From Acidimicrobiales bacterium (GTDB lineage Bacteria; Actinomycetota; Acidimicrobiia; Acidimicrobiales; SZUA-35), in contig JAHELU010000003.1 of assembly GCA_024644005.1 (NCBI GenBank), positions 1 through 52,313 on the forward strand: 52,313 nucleotides of DNA. Reading direction: 5' to 3'. A program made the position numbers and the translations under genes. Of the stretch, positions 8,464 to 19,737 are shown piece by piece; the first letter of the stretch is position 1; each line of letters begins with the position of its first letter. The notes under the pieces were generated by a model. The model searched no databases and had not been told where the DNA came from. It saw only the letters and a program-made list of their open reading frames with translations.

Positions 8464-9179
8464 CTGAACCGCCATACGAGATCGTCGTCGCCAGGCCGGC
8501 GCAGGCGATCAGCGACCGCTTGCCCGAGCCGGTTGCGTTCGCCGTCATCGACTTCATCACCGGTCCGCTGATCGAGAAGCCTCGTCGCGTCGGTGCGCCG
8601 CTTCGTGGAGAGCTTCAGGGTCTTTGGAGTGCTCGACGAGGAACGTATCGGATTCTGTACCGGATCGACGACGAACGACGTGAGGTCATTGTGATGCGAG
8701 TAGCGCATCGGCGGGCTGGGTATCGGGGTTCGGCCATTGAGCGTGGTAGCCCAGCTGGTACCTGGTGCCCTGTCAGGCTGTCATGTTGCGAATTCTGCGG
8801 CCCTCGACGCCCCTCGCGGCGTCCTCGTGGTTGCCTCATACTCACGAGTGAGGCTGCCTCCTGCGTCCTTGCGATGGACGCCGATCATCCGCAGAATCCA
8901 TCAACGGATCAACCTGACAGGACACGAGACGCCTGGCCGGGAGCCGCTATCGTGCGGCCCAGGGCAACCGGAGCAGGGCGGGAGCATCACATGTGGGAGT
9001 ACAAGTTCATCGATTCCGACAGGGTCCCCAAGGCCGGCACGTTCAAGGGCAAGACCACCGAGGACATCGAGGCCTATTTCAACGCCCTCGGCCGTGACGG
9101 CTGGGAGATCGTGGCCCTCGACTTCTCCGACATGAAGACCGTGTTCTACGGCGTGGCCAAGCGTCCGCTCGACCCCTGA
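8460..9179 (+). CDS. RelE/ParE-family toxin domain (first ~88 aa) in a reading frame that has no stop until 9179
   Basis: MTEPPYEIVVARPA...WSARRGTYRILYRIDDERREVIVMRVAHRRAGYR is a complete RelE/ParE-like toxin. The expected stop after YR (about 8724) is missing, and the frame runs on in phase into the DUF4177 gene. Confidence 0.6.
   Translation: MTEPPYEIVVARPAQAISDRLPEPVAFAVIDFITGPLIEKPRRVGAPLRGELQGLWSARRGTYRILYRIDDERREVIVMRVAHRRAGYRGSAIERGSPAGTWCPVRLSCCEFCGPRRPSRRPRGCLILTSEAASCVLAMDADHPQNPSTDQPDRTRDAWPGAAIVRPRATGAGREHHMWEYKFIDSDRVPKAGTFKGKTTEDIEAYFNALGRDGWEIVALDFSDMKTVFYGVAKRPLDP
8991..9179 (+). CDS. DUF4177 domain protein (62 aa)
   Basis: MWEYKFIDSDRVPKAGTFKGKTTEDIEAYFNALGRDGWEIVALDF is typical DUF4177. 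The ATG at 8991 is preceded by GGGCGGGAG. It is in the same frame as the toxin ORF. Confidence 0.65.
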   Translation: MWEYKFIDSDRVPKAGTFKGKTTEDIEAYFNALGRDGWEIVALDFSDMKTVFYGVAKRPLDP

Positions 9180-9190
9180 TCCCCGGCCGC

Positions 9191-10219
<1,029 letters not shown>

Positions 10220-10338
10220 CCGGTTGCTCCTCGCCTCTCGCCTGTTCCCGGTGGGCCGGGCGCTCCCGGCCCCTCAGCCCGGTCGATCGGGTGGCCGTCT
10301 CCAGCCTAGGGACCGGCCGACCCGAACGGCCAGCGGGG

Positions 10339-10371
10339 CCGATCGGCGGCCCATCGGCGGCCGATCGGCGG
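10339..10371. repeat. 11-nt tandem repeat x3 (CCGATCGGCGG / CCCATCGGCGG / CCGATCGGCGG)
   Basis: Read directly in the divergent promoter region between the LLM oxidoreductase and dienelactone hydrolase genes. Confidence 0.7.
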
Positions 10372-10476
10372 CGACGGGTCGGCTTGCCCGAGCCCTCCGG
10401 TGAGGCCAACATTGGCCCTGCCCGGCCGTCGGCCGGCGACCAGCTGCATGCGGACGGGAGCCCAGGAGATGCCATC

Positions 10477-11202
10477 GTGATCGAGAGGACGGTACCGATC
10501 GCCACCGGCGACGGCTCGATGCCGACGTTCGTCGTCCACCCGGAGCGGAACGGGCCCCATCCGGTGATCCTGTTCCTCATGGATGCGCCCGGCATGCGGG
10601 AGGAGCTGCGCAACATGTCCCGCCGGCTGGCATCGGCCGGCTACTACGTGATGACCTCGCAGCTCTACTACCGGGAGGTCGACGAGTTCAACGTGTTCGA
10701 GACCGGCGACCGGGACCGCATGGTCGCCCTGATGAGCACCCTCTCGAACCTGATGGTGGTCAACGACTGCCGGTCGATGATCGACCTGGCCGCCAACGAC
10801 CCTGCGGCCGACGCCGACCACGTCGGCACGGTCGGCTACTGCATGAGCGGCCCGTTCACGATCATGGCCGCAGCCGGCATCCCCCACCGGGTCAAGGCCG
10901 CGGCGTCGATCCACGGCGTCAGGCTGGCGACCGAGGCCGACGACTCCCCCCACCGCCACCTCGGCGAGGTGGCCGGAGAGGTCTACGTGGCCTGCGCCGA
11001 GCACGACGACCACGCCCCGCCCGCCATGGTCGAGGAGCTCGCAGCCGCCATGGGCGCCGCCGGGACCGCCGGCGAGGTGGAGTGGTACCCGGGAACCGAG
11101 CACGGCTTCGCGTTCTCCGAGCGCCCCCAGTACGACCGGCGGGCCTCGGAGCGGCACTGGGAACGGCTCCACGACCTGTTCCGCCGCCGCCTCCATGGCT
11201 AG
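10477..11202 (+). CDS. dienelactone hydrolase family protein
   Basis: ORF 10204..11202. The GTG at 10477 has AGGAG 8 nt upstream. The sequence VIERTVPIATGDGSMPTFVVHPERNGPHPVILFLMDAPG and a GYCMSG nucleophile elbow are present. Confidence 0.85.
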   Translation: MIERTVPIATGDGSMPTFVVHPERNGPHPVILFLMDAPGMREELRNMSRRLASAGYYVMTSQLYYREVDEFNVFETGDRDRMVALMSTLSNLMVVNDCRSMIDLAANDPAADADHVGTVGYCMSGPFTIMAAAGIPHRVKAAASIHGVRLATEADDSPHRHLGEVAGEVYVACAEHDDHAPPAMVEELAAAMGAAGTAGEVEWYPGTEHGFAFSERPQYDRRASERHWERLHDLFRRRLHG

Positions 11203-12271
11203 CGACGGACATGGCGCTCCCCCGCCGAGCGGTCTCACCGTCGTCGGCTGCGACGACCTCGACCGGGCCGTCGACCGCTACCGGGAGGTCGGCTTCGAGC
11301 TGTCGGCCATCGGACCCGCAGACGAGCCGACCTGGGCAGAGCTGACGATGCCCGGTATCCGGCTGCTGGTCGACGCCACGCTCGGCCCCGATGCCGGCCC
11401 TCGGCTGCGCATCGACGGGATCGATCCGTCCGTGTCCTGCCTGCCTCCGGCGGTCGAGCCGGGCCCGGTCGACCGGCCGCTGCGGATCCCGCCGACGGCA
11501 CCGTCGCTCGCAATCGGCCACGAGACCGCCGATGGATGGATCAGGGGCCGGGCCGGCATGCGGTACCGGGACCTGATCCCCGACCGCTGGGGTGGGGCCT
11601 ACATCGCCTCCCACATCCACGTCCCCGACGGCGGGCCGGTGCCGGACTACGTGCACCATCACGACGTCGCCCACCAGCTGATCTTCTGCCACCGGGGCTG
11701 GGTGGAGGTGGTGTACGAGGACCAGGGGCCGCCGTTCGTGCTCGAGCCGGGAGACTGCGTGCTCCAACCGCCGGGCATCCGCCACCGGGTCCTGGCCGCC
11801 TCCGACGACCTCTACGTCGTCGAGGTCACCTGCCCCGCCACCCACCGCACCTCGCTCGACCACCGGCTCGACCTGCCGAACGACCGCCGACGGCCCGACC
11901 GGGTATTCGGCGGGCAGCGCTTCGTCCGCCACCGTCGTGCCGAAGCGTCGTGGGAGGCCACCGACGACCCGGCGCTCAGCCAGCAGGTCACCGGGCTCGC
12001 GGCCGCCACCGACGGGCTGGTGTCGGCCAGGGTGGTACGGGCGGCGGCCCGACCGGATCGGCCGTGGCCCCTCGACCACGATCTCGACCTGCGGCTGCTG
12101 TTCCTCCTGGCCGGTCGGGCCTCACTGGTCGGGCCGGCCGGTCTCGGCGAGGCGCTGTCGGAGGGCTCCAGCGCCGCCATCCCGCCATCGCAGCGCTACC
12201 AGCTCGACGCCATCGAGCCCGGCACCGAGCTGCTGCTCATCGACGCCAGGGCGGCCGCCGGCCCGGGCTAG
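11195..12271 (+). CDS. cupin domain protein (two-domain)
   Basis: 358-aa ORF that overlaps the upstream stop by 8 nt. Cupin-like core: HHHDVAHQLIFCHRGWVEVVYEDQGPPFVLEPGDCVLQPPGIRH. Confidence 0.65.
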   Translation: MASDGHGAPPPSGLTVVGCDDLDRAVDRYREVGFELSAIGPADEPTWAELTMPGIRLLVDATLGPDAGPRLRIDGIDPSVSCLPPAVEPGPVDRPLRIPPTAPSLAIGHETADGWIRGRAGMRYRDLIPDRWGGAYIASHIHVPDGGPVPDYVHHHDVAHQLIFCHRGWVEVVYEDQGPPFVLEPGDCVLQPPGIRHRVLAASDDLYVVEVTCPATHRTSLDHRLDLPNDRRRPDRVFGGQRFVRHRRAEASWEATDDPALSQQVTGLAAATDGLVSARVVRAAARPDRPWPLDHDLDLRLLFLLAGRASLVGPAGLGEALSEGSSAAIPPSQRYQLDAIEPGTELLLIDARAAAGPG

Positions 12272-13116
12272 AGACCGGGGCTGAGGGGCAGCAGGTCGGG
12301 GAAGTCGGCGGCCCGGTTCTCCACCTGGGCCGCCAGCGCCTCGGCCATGTCGTCGGTGTCGAACATCGCGGCGTTCCAGTTGGCGATGTACTCCAGCCCG
12401 TCGGCGATGCCGTGGTCCCTGGTGTAGTGCATCGTCTGCTTGGTGCCCCAGATCGCCATCGGGCTCTTGGCCGCGATCTCGGCCCCGGTCGCCAGGACCG
12501 CGTCGAGCATCGTGTCGTGGTCCGGGTAGACCTCGTTGGCGAACCCGGCCGCCTTGGCCTCGGCCGCCGACCACCGCCGACCGGTGTAGGCCAGCTCCCG
12601 GACGATGCCTTCCGGGACCAGCTTCGGCATCCGCTGCAGCGTGCCGACGTCGGCCGTCATGGCGATGTTGATCTCCTGGATGGAGAAGAACGCGTCCTCG
12701 GTGCAGTACCGCATGTCGCAGGCCGTGACCATGTCGATTCCACCACCGACGCAGGCCCCCTGGATCGCCGCCAGCACGGGCATCCTGGCCCGCTCCAGCA
12801 CCGAGAACGACTCCTGGAGCTTCAGCGCGGTCGACCGGAACCGCTCGTTCCGGCGGCTGCGATGGGACGGCGGGGCGTCGGTGGGGCCGACCGCGTCGTC
12901 ACTGGCGAACACCTCCAGGTCCATGCCGGAGCAGAAGTGGCGCCCCTCGCCGGACAGCACCATGGCCCGCACCGAACCGGACGACGACAGCTCGTCGACG
13001 ATGGCCGGCAGCTCCCGCCAGAACGCCGGGATCATCGAGTTGCTCCGCTGCGGACGGTTCATCCGCACGTGGGCCACCTTCGCATCCACCTCGACGTCGA
13101 AACACTCGTGTCCCAC
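12268..13116 (-). CDS. enoyl-CoA hydratase/isomerase (crotonase) family protein
   Basis: ORF 12268..13248. The GTG at 13116 has GGGAGGAG 6 nt upstream. Motifs include VAHVRMNRPQRSNSM and LSGEGRHFCSGMDL. Confidence 0.85.
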   Translation of the reverse strand: MGHECFDVEVDAKVAHVRMNRPQRSNSMIPAFWRELPAIVDELSSSGSVRAMVLSGEGRHFCSGMDLEVFASDDAVGPTDAPPSHRSRRNERFRSTALKLQESFSVLERARMPVLAAIQGACVGGGIDMVTACDMRYCTEDAFFSIQEINIAMTADVGTLQRMPKLVPEGIVRELAYTGRRWSAAEAKAAGFANEVYPDHDTMLDAVLATGAEIAAKSPMAIWGTKQTMHYTRDHGIADGLEYIANWNAAMFDTDDMAEALAAQVENRAADFPDLLPLSPGL

Positions 13117-13210
13117 TGCTCGCTCCTCCCGGCTGTCGAGCGACCAAGCGTCGCACAGCGGCTCGGGCCCCGTCGAGCCGGCGAGCCACCGAACGGCCAC
13201 GGAGGAGCCG

Positions 13211-13287
13211 CCGGGAGCCGATGCACCGACGAGCCGCCGGGGAGCCATCGGGAGCCATCGGGAGCCGATGCACCGTCGAGCCGCCGG
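13211..13287. repeat. intergenic direct repeats (~28-nt unit x2 separated by GGGAGCCATC x2)
   Basis: GGGAGCCGATGCACCGACGAGCCGCCGG and GGGAGCCGATGCACCGTCGAGCCGCCGG flank two copies of GGGAGCCATC. Confidence 0.7.
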
Positions 13288-13318
13288 GCCGGGGGTTCCC
13301 GGGCCGCGCCCCGTGGGG

Positions 13319-14083
13319 TCAGGAGATGGCGGCCATCCAGCCGAGCCCGTCGTCGGTCCGGCCGGCCGGCTTGTACTCGGCCCCGACGAAGCCGTCGTAG
13401 CCCAGCTCGTCCACCTGGCGCAGCAGGGCCGGGTAGTCCACCTCGCCCCGATCCGGCTCGGCCCGCTCGGGAACCGAGGCGATCTGGATGTGGCCGATCA
13501 GGTCGAGATGGGTGGCGATCCGCTGGATCAGGTTCCCGTCGGTGAGCTGCACGTGGTAGCAGTCGAACAGGAGCTTCACGTTGGGCCGGCCCACATCGGT
13601 CACGATGGCCGCCGCCTCGTCGATCGACGACAGGAAGTACCCGGGCTGGGTGTGCTGGCTGATGGCCTCGACGAGCACGCCGACACCGAACTCCTCACCC
13701 TTGGCCGATGCGTAGCGGAGGTTCTCGACGAAGGTGGCTCGAGCCTCGTCACCGGAGGACTTGCCGGCCAGCACGTGCACGTACCGGGCCGAGACGTCGA
13801 CGCCGTAGGCGAACGCCTTGTCGATGTGGGCCCGGGCCTCGGCCTCCCGGCCGGGGACCGCGGCGAGACCGAAGTCCCCGCTGGCCAGGTCGCCGCCGAC
13901 CGTGTTGAGCGAGATCAGCGGGATCTGCAGCTCCTCCAGCACCAGGGCCACCTCCACGGCATGGGTGATGTACGGCCAGTGGACCTCGACCGCCTCGAAC
14001 CCGGCGTGCTCGGCTGCCCGAATGGCGTCGAGCAGCTCGAGCTCGGGCCACAGGAACCCGAGGTTGGCCGAGAGCCTGGTCAT
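13319..14083 (-). CDS. hydroxypyruvate isomerase family TIM-barrel protein (OtnI-like 2-oxo-tetronate isomerase candidate)
   Basis: 254-aa ORF beginning MTRLSANLGFLWPELELLDAIRAAEHAGFEAVEVHWPY. Its ATG overlaps the upstream stop (ATGA). Confidence 0.8.
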   Translation of the reverse strand: MTRLSANLGFLWPELELLDAIRAAEHAGFEAVEVHWPYITHAVEVALVLEELQIPLISLNTVGGDLASGDFGLAAVPGREAEARAHIDKAFAYGVDVSARYVHVLAGKSSGDEARATFVENLRYASAKGEEFGVGVLVEAISQHTQPGYFLSSIDEAAAIVTDVGRPNVKLLFDCYHVQLTDGNLIQRIATHLDLIGHIQIASVPERAEPDRGEVDYPALLRQVDELGYDGFVGAEYKPAGRTDDGLGWMAAIS

Positions 14084-15135
14084 CGGTCGGGCCCCGAGCG
14101 ACCGCCGGCGTGCGGTCGTAGCGGCGTGCGGTCGGTGGTTGTCACAGCCAGCTCGGGCTCCAGTTCGTCCTCGATGTGCTGCCGGACGATAGCAGCTACC
14201 GAATCGTCGCCGGCGAAGCCGAGGGCGGTCGCCCGTTCCGAGACGATGGCCGGTGGCCAGGAGTCGACCAGGCGCTGGATGTCGGGGTCGACATCGAAGG
14301 TGACACGGCCGAGCTCCCGGCCCCGACCGGCGCGCTCGACGGCCTCGATCGCCTCGGCCACCGCCATCGCCAGTCCGGGCAGCAGCAGGATCCGGTCAAC
14401 CCCCAACCGGTCGCCGTCGATGGTGGCGATCCGGCAGAAGCCGTCGACGACCCGGCGGGGCGAGATGACGGCGATGACCGTGTCCGGGGAGACCGGACAG
14501 ACGCAGTCGACGCCGTCGAGCGGCTCCCGGATGATGCCGGAGGCGAACCCCGAGGCCGCCAGGTTCGGCTGGCCGGGACGGACCGACACCGTGGGCAGCC
14601 GGAGCCCCCGACCGTCGATGAAGCCCTTCCGGTGGTAGTCGTTGATCAGCAGCTCGCCGGTGGCCTTCTGGACCCCGTACGACGACTCGGGCCGCAGGAT
14701 CGTGGCATCGCCGACCGGGTCGCCGGCGCCGGAGCCGTAGGCGGCCACCGAGCTGGCGAAGACCACCATGGGCCGCCGACCGGTGGCAGCGGTGATGGCC
14801 CGGCACCGCTCGAGCAGCCCGATGGTGCCGTGCAGGTTCACCGCATAGCCGAGATCGAAGTCCTGCTCCGCCCCGGCGCTCACCACCGATGCGAGATGGA
14901 ACACCAGATCGACGTCGTCGCCGACCACGGTCTCGACGAAGCCCCGATCGACCAGGTCGCCGATGACCAGCTCGACCCTTGGATCGTCGAGCTGCCACCC
15001 GTCAGGCGGCCCGGCCCGGTCGGCCAACGTGAGCCGTTCGAGGTCCGGCCACCCGACGAGCAGCCGCTCGGCCAGCTTGCGCCCGAGGAACCCGGTTCCG
15101 CCGGTGATGACCGCCCGTCGGCTGGTGGCCGGCAC
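14080..15135 (-). CDS. NAD-dependent epimerase/dehydratase family protein, D-erythronate dehydrogenase (DenD)-like
   Basis: ORF 14080..15579. The GTG at 15135 lies 2 nt after the upstream stop. Motifs include AVITGGTGFLG, SSYGVQK and RLPTVSVRPGQPNLAASGFASGIIREPLDG. Confidence 0.8.
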   Translation of the reverse strand: MPATSRRAVITGGTGFLGRKLAERLLVGWPDLERLTLADRAGPPDGWQLDDPRVELVIGDLVDRGFVETVVGDDVDLVFHLASVVSAGAEQDFDLGYAVNLHGTIGLLERCRAITAATGRRPMVVFASSVAAYGSGAGDPVGDATILRPESSYGVQKATGELLINDYHRKGFIDGRGLRLPTVSVRPGQPNLAASGFASGIIREPLDGVDCVCPVSPDTVIAVISPRRVVDGFCRIATIDGDRLGVDRILLLPGLAMAVAEAIEAVERAGRGRELGRVTFDVDPDIQRLVDSWPPAIVSERATALGFAGDDSVAAIVRQHIEDELEPELAVTTTDRTPLRPHAGGRSGPDR

Positions 15136-15137
15136 CG

Positions 15138-15878
15138 TCAGCCTCGACCGACGAACGGCATGCGGTTGGCCATGACCGTCATGGTGAGCACGTTGGCCTC
15201 CGGTGGCAGGCTGGCCATGTAGACCACGGCCCTGGCCACGTCCTCGACCGCCATCCTGGCCTCGGGCCTGACCGACCCGTCCGGCTGGAGGATCCCGTCG
15301 CTCATCGGCTCGGTCATCTCGGTGGCGGCATTGCCGATGTCGATCTGGCCGCAGGTGATGCCGAGCGCCCGCCCGTCGAGGGAGAGCGACTTGGTCAGGC
15401 CGGTGATGGCGTGCTTGGTCGCGGTGTACGGCGCAGAGAACGGGCGAGGGGTGGTGGCCGACACCGAGCCGTTGTTGATGATCCGCCCACCGGCCGGGTC
15501 CTGGTTCCGCATCCGGGCGAACGCCGCCCGGGCGCACAGGAACGCACCGGTCAGGTTCACGTCGACGACGGCCCGCCACTGCTCGACCGTCAGCTCGTCG
15601 ACCGGCACCGGGGGCGCGCCGATGCCGGCGTTGTTGAACAGTAGGTCGACCCGCCCGAACCGCTGCGCCGCCTCGGAGAACAGCCGGTCGACATCGTCCG
15701 GCTGGGAGACGTCGGCGGCAACCGCCAGCCCCGGTCCGTCGAGCTGGGCCACCGTGTCGGCCAGCGCCGGCTCACGCCGCCCCGTCACCACCACCGACCA
15801 GCCGTGGCTCGACAGCGCGACGGCGCTGGCCCGACCGATGCCGGTCCCGCCCCCGGTGATGATGGCAACGCCCTCCAC
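15138..15878 (-). CDS. SDR family oxidoreductase
   Basis: 246-aa ORF with [18 protein letters not shown] and YTATKHA motifs. Confidence 0.85.
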   Translation of the reverse strand: MEGVAIITGGGTGIGRASAVALSSHGWSVVVTGRREPALADTVAQLDGPGLAVAADVSQPDDVDRLFSEAAQRFGRVDLLFNNAGIGAPPVPVDELTVEQWRAVVDVNLTGAFLCARAAFARMRNQDPAGGRIINNGSVSATTPRPFSAPYTATKHAITGLTKSLSLDGRALGITCGQIDIGNAATEMTEPMSDGILQPDGSVRPEARMAVEDVARAVVYMASLPPEANVLTMTVMANRMPFVGRG

Positions 15879-16005
15879 GAACCCTCCGTACGGTCGACGA
15901 CCCGATCGCCGTCAGTCTTCCACGCCCGGCGGCCGTCCCACAACGGTCGTTCCCTGCACCGGACCGACCGTTGCGATCGGTGGATTCGGTGGTAGTTGTT
16001 ATGCC

Positions 16006-17733
<1,728 letters not shown>

Positions 17734-17787
17734 CCCCGGCGAGGGTACCGACTCGCACCCACCCGTCGAAGTCCTTAGAATCCGACG

Positions 17788-18663
17788 ATGCTCAGTTGGC
17801 GCATCGGACGGGTCACCATCACCTCGGTGGTCGAGTCGGAGACCCCGACCTCGCCCCGGTTCCTCTACCGGGACATGGGCAAGGCCGACGTGCTGGCGCG
17901 GGCTGCGGCCGCAACCTGGTTGCGACCCAACTTCGTCAGCGACGAGGGCTACCTGCTGCAGAAGATCCAGTGCCTGGTGGTGGAGGCGGGCGACCTGCGG
18001 ATCGCGGTCGACACCTGCGTCGGCAACGACAAGCAGCGGAGCAACGAGCTGTGGGACCACCTCGACGGCCCCTTCCTCGACGACCTGGCCGCGGCCGGGT
18101 TCCCGGCGGAGAGCATCACCCACGTGGTCTGCACCCACCTCCACGTGGACCACGTCGGCTGGAACACGATGCTCGTCGACGACCGCTGGGTGCCGACCTT
18201 CCCCAACGCCCGCTACCTGTTCGTCGACGCAGAGTACGAGCACTGGCGAGACGAGCCCGGCCTGTTCGACGGCGAGGACCCCTTCGGCGACTCCGTGGCT
18301 CCGGTGCTCGACGCCGGTCTGGCCGAGCTGGTGGCCCCGGACCACCGGATCTGCGACGAGGTCCGGTTCGAGTCGACCCCCGGTCACACCCCGGGTCACA
18401 TCTCGCTGGTGATCGCCTCCGACGGCGAGCGGGCGGTGATTACCGGCGACATGCTCCACCACCCGATGCAGCTGGCCGATCCCGAGCTGTCGTCGATGTT
18501 CGACACCGATCCCGATCAGTCGCGGGCGACCAGGCGGCGGGCCTTTCCCCAATGGGCCGACGGCCGGACCCTGGTGATCGGCACCCACTTCGGCACCCCG
18601 ACGGCCGGGGTGCTGCAGCCCGATGGCGACGGCTTCCGGCTCGACTGGTCGACCACGGGCTGA
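17788..18663 (+). CDS. MBL-fold metallo-hydrolase
   Basis: 291-aa ORF with a THLHVDHVGWN motif and a later PGHTPGH. Confidence 0.85.
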   Translation: MLSWRIGRVTITSVVESETPTSPRFLYRDMGKADVLARAAAATWLRPNFVSDEGYLLQKIQCLVVEAGDLRIAVDTCVGNDKQRSNELWDHLDGPFLDDLAAAGFPAESITHVVCTHLHVDHVGWNTMLVDDRWVPTFPNARYLFVDAEYEHWRDEPGLFDGEDPFGDSVAPVLDAGLAELVAPDHRICDEVRFESTPGHTPGHISLVIASDGERAVITGDMLHHPMQLADPELSSMFDTDPDQSRATRRRAFPQWADGRTLVIGTHFGTPTAGVLQPDGDGFRLDWSTTG

Positions 18664-18666
18664 GCG

Positions 18667-19737
18667 ATGACCGCCGCGGTCGAGATCACCGGTGTCTCGA
18701 AGCGCTTCGGAGACGTGGTCGCGGTCGACGACATCGATCTCCGGATCGACGACGGTGAGTTCTTCGCCCTGCTCGGCCCGTCCGGTTGCGGCAAGACCAC
18801 CACCCTGCGGATGATCGCCGGGCTCGACTTCCCGACCACGGGCAGCCTGAAGATCTTCGGTCACGAGGTCGGGACCCTCCCACCGAACAAGCGACCGGTC
18901 AACACCGTGTTCCAGAACTACGCCCTGTTCCCCCACATGAACGTGCTCGACAACGTGGCCTTCGGCCTGCGGATGCAGGGCACCGACAAGGCGACCGCCA
19001 GGTCGGCCGCCACCGCCGCCATCGGCCTCGTCAGGCTCGACGGCATGGAGCGGCGCCGACCCGCCCAGCTCTCCGGCGGTCAGCAGCAGCGGGTGGCCCT
19101 GGCCAGGGCCCTGGTCAACGAGCCGAAGGTGCTCCTGCTCGACGAGCCGCTGGGGGCCCTCGATCTCAAGCTGCGCCAGGAGATGCAGGGCGAGCTCAAG
19201 TCGCTGCAACGAGAGCTCGGGGTCAGCTTCGTCTTCGTCACCCACGACCAGGAGGAGGCCCTCACCATGAGCGACCGCATCGCGGTCATGGACGAGGGCC
19301 GGTTGCTCCAGATCGGCACCCCGGAGGAGATCTACGAGCGACCGGTGAACCGCTTCGTCGCCGACTTCATCGGCCAGACCAACCTCCTGGAGGGCACCGT
19401 CGAGGACGGCGCCACCGTGTGCCTGGTGAACGGGGCCAGGGTGGCGGCACGGTCCGATCTGACCGCGGGCACCAGGATCGCCCTCAGCATCCGGCCGGAA
19501 CGGGCCACCATCCATCACCGAGACCACGGGACCGGGCCGGACGCCGGCTCGGCGGTCGACGGTGAGGTGGTGGCGGTCACCTACCTCGGCAACGCACTGG
19601 TCCATCGGGTCAAGCTCGACTGGATGGAGATCGAGGTCAGGGAGGCGAACGACCCCGACCGGCCCCGCTTCGCCGTCGGCGATCCGGTCACCGTCGCATG
19701 GGACCCGTCGGCCGCGGCCCTGGTGGCCGACCGATGA
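18667..19737 (+). CDS. potA: spermidine/putrescine-type ABC transporter ATP-binding protein
   Basis: Walker A GPSGCGKTT, signature LSGGQQQRVALARAL, Walker B LLLDEP, and a PotA-like C-terminal domain. Confidence 0.9.
   Translation: MTAAVEITGVSKRFGDVVAVDDIDLRIDDGEFFALLGPSGCGKTTTLRMIAGLDFPTTGSLKIFGHEVGTLPPNKRPVNTVFQNYALFPHMNVLDNVAFGLRMQGTDKATARSAATAAIGLVRLDGMERRRPAQLSGGQQQRVALARALVNEPKVLLLDEPLGALDLKLRQEMQGELKSLQRELGVSFVFVTHDQEEALTMSDRIAVMDEGRLLQIGTPEEIYERPVNRFVADFIGQTNLLEGTVEDGATVCLVNGARVAARSDLTAGTRIALSIRPERATIHHRDHGTGPDAGSAVDGEVVAVTYLGNALVHRVKLDWMEIEVREANDPDRPRFAVGDPVTVAWDPSAAALVADR

Noticed and set aside
8746-8760. GTAGCCCAGCTGGTA resembles a tRNA D-arm, which could suggest a tRNA or integration-site remnant next to the TA module.
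   Set aside because: I could not build an acceptor stem, anticodon arm or T-arm (no GTTCRANNC-like loop) from the flanking sequence on either strand.
8725-8990. A separate small gene or sRNA in the stretch between the toxin domain and DUF4177. It contains short palindromes: CTCACGAGTGAG, and CCTGTCAGG with its reverse complement CCTGACAGG about 145 nt downstream.
   Set aside because: The minus-strand ORFs here (8615..8845 and 8901..9236) have no recognisable motifs or starts. The palindromes are short enough to arise by chance. They are noted only as context for the missing toxin stop.
15971-15998. Tandem TCGGTGG motifs upstream of PolX that resemble the PafBC/RecA-NDp damage-response promoter (TGTCGGTG-N8-TANNNT).
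   Set aside because: The leading TG is missing. The spacing to the only -10-like hexamer (TAGTTG) is 10 nt or 1 nt rather than 8, and the hexamer ends in G. It is not a credible match.
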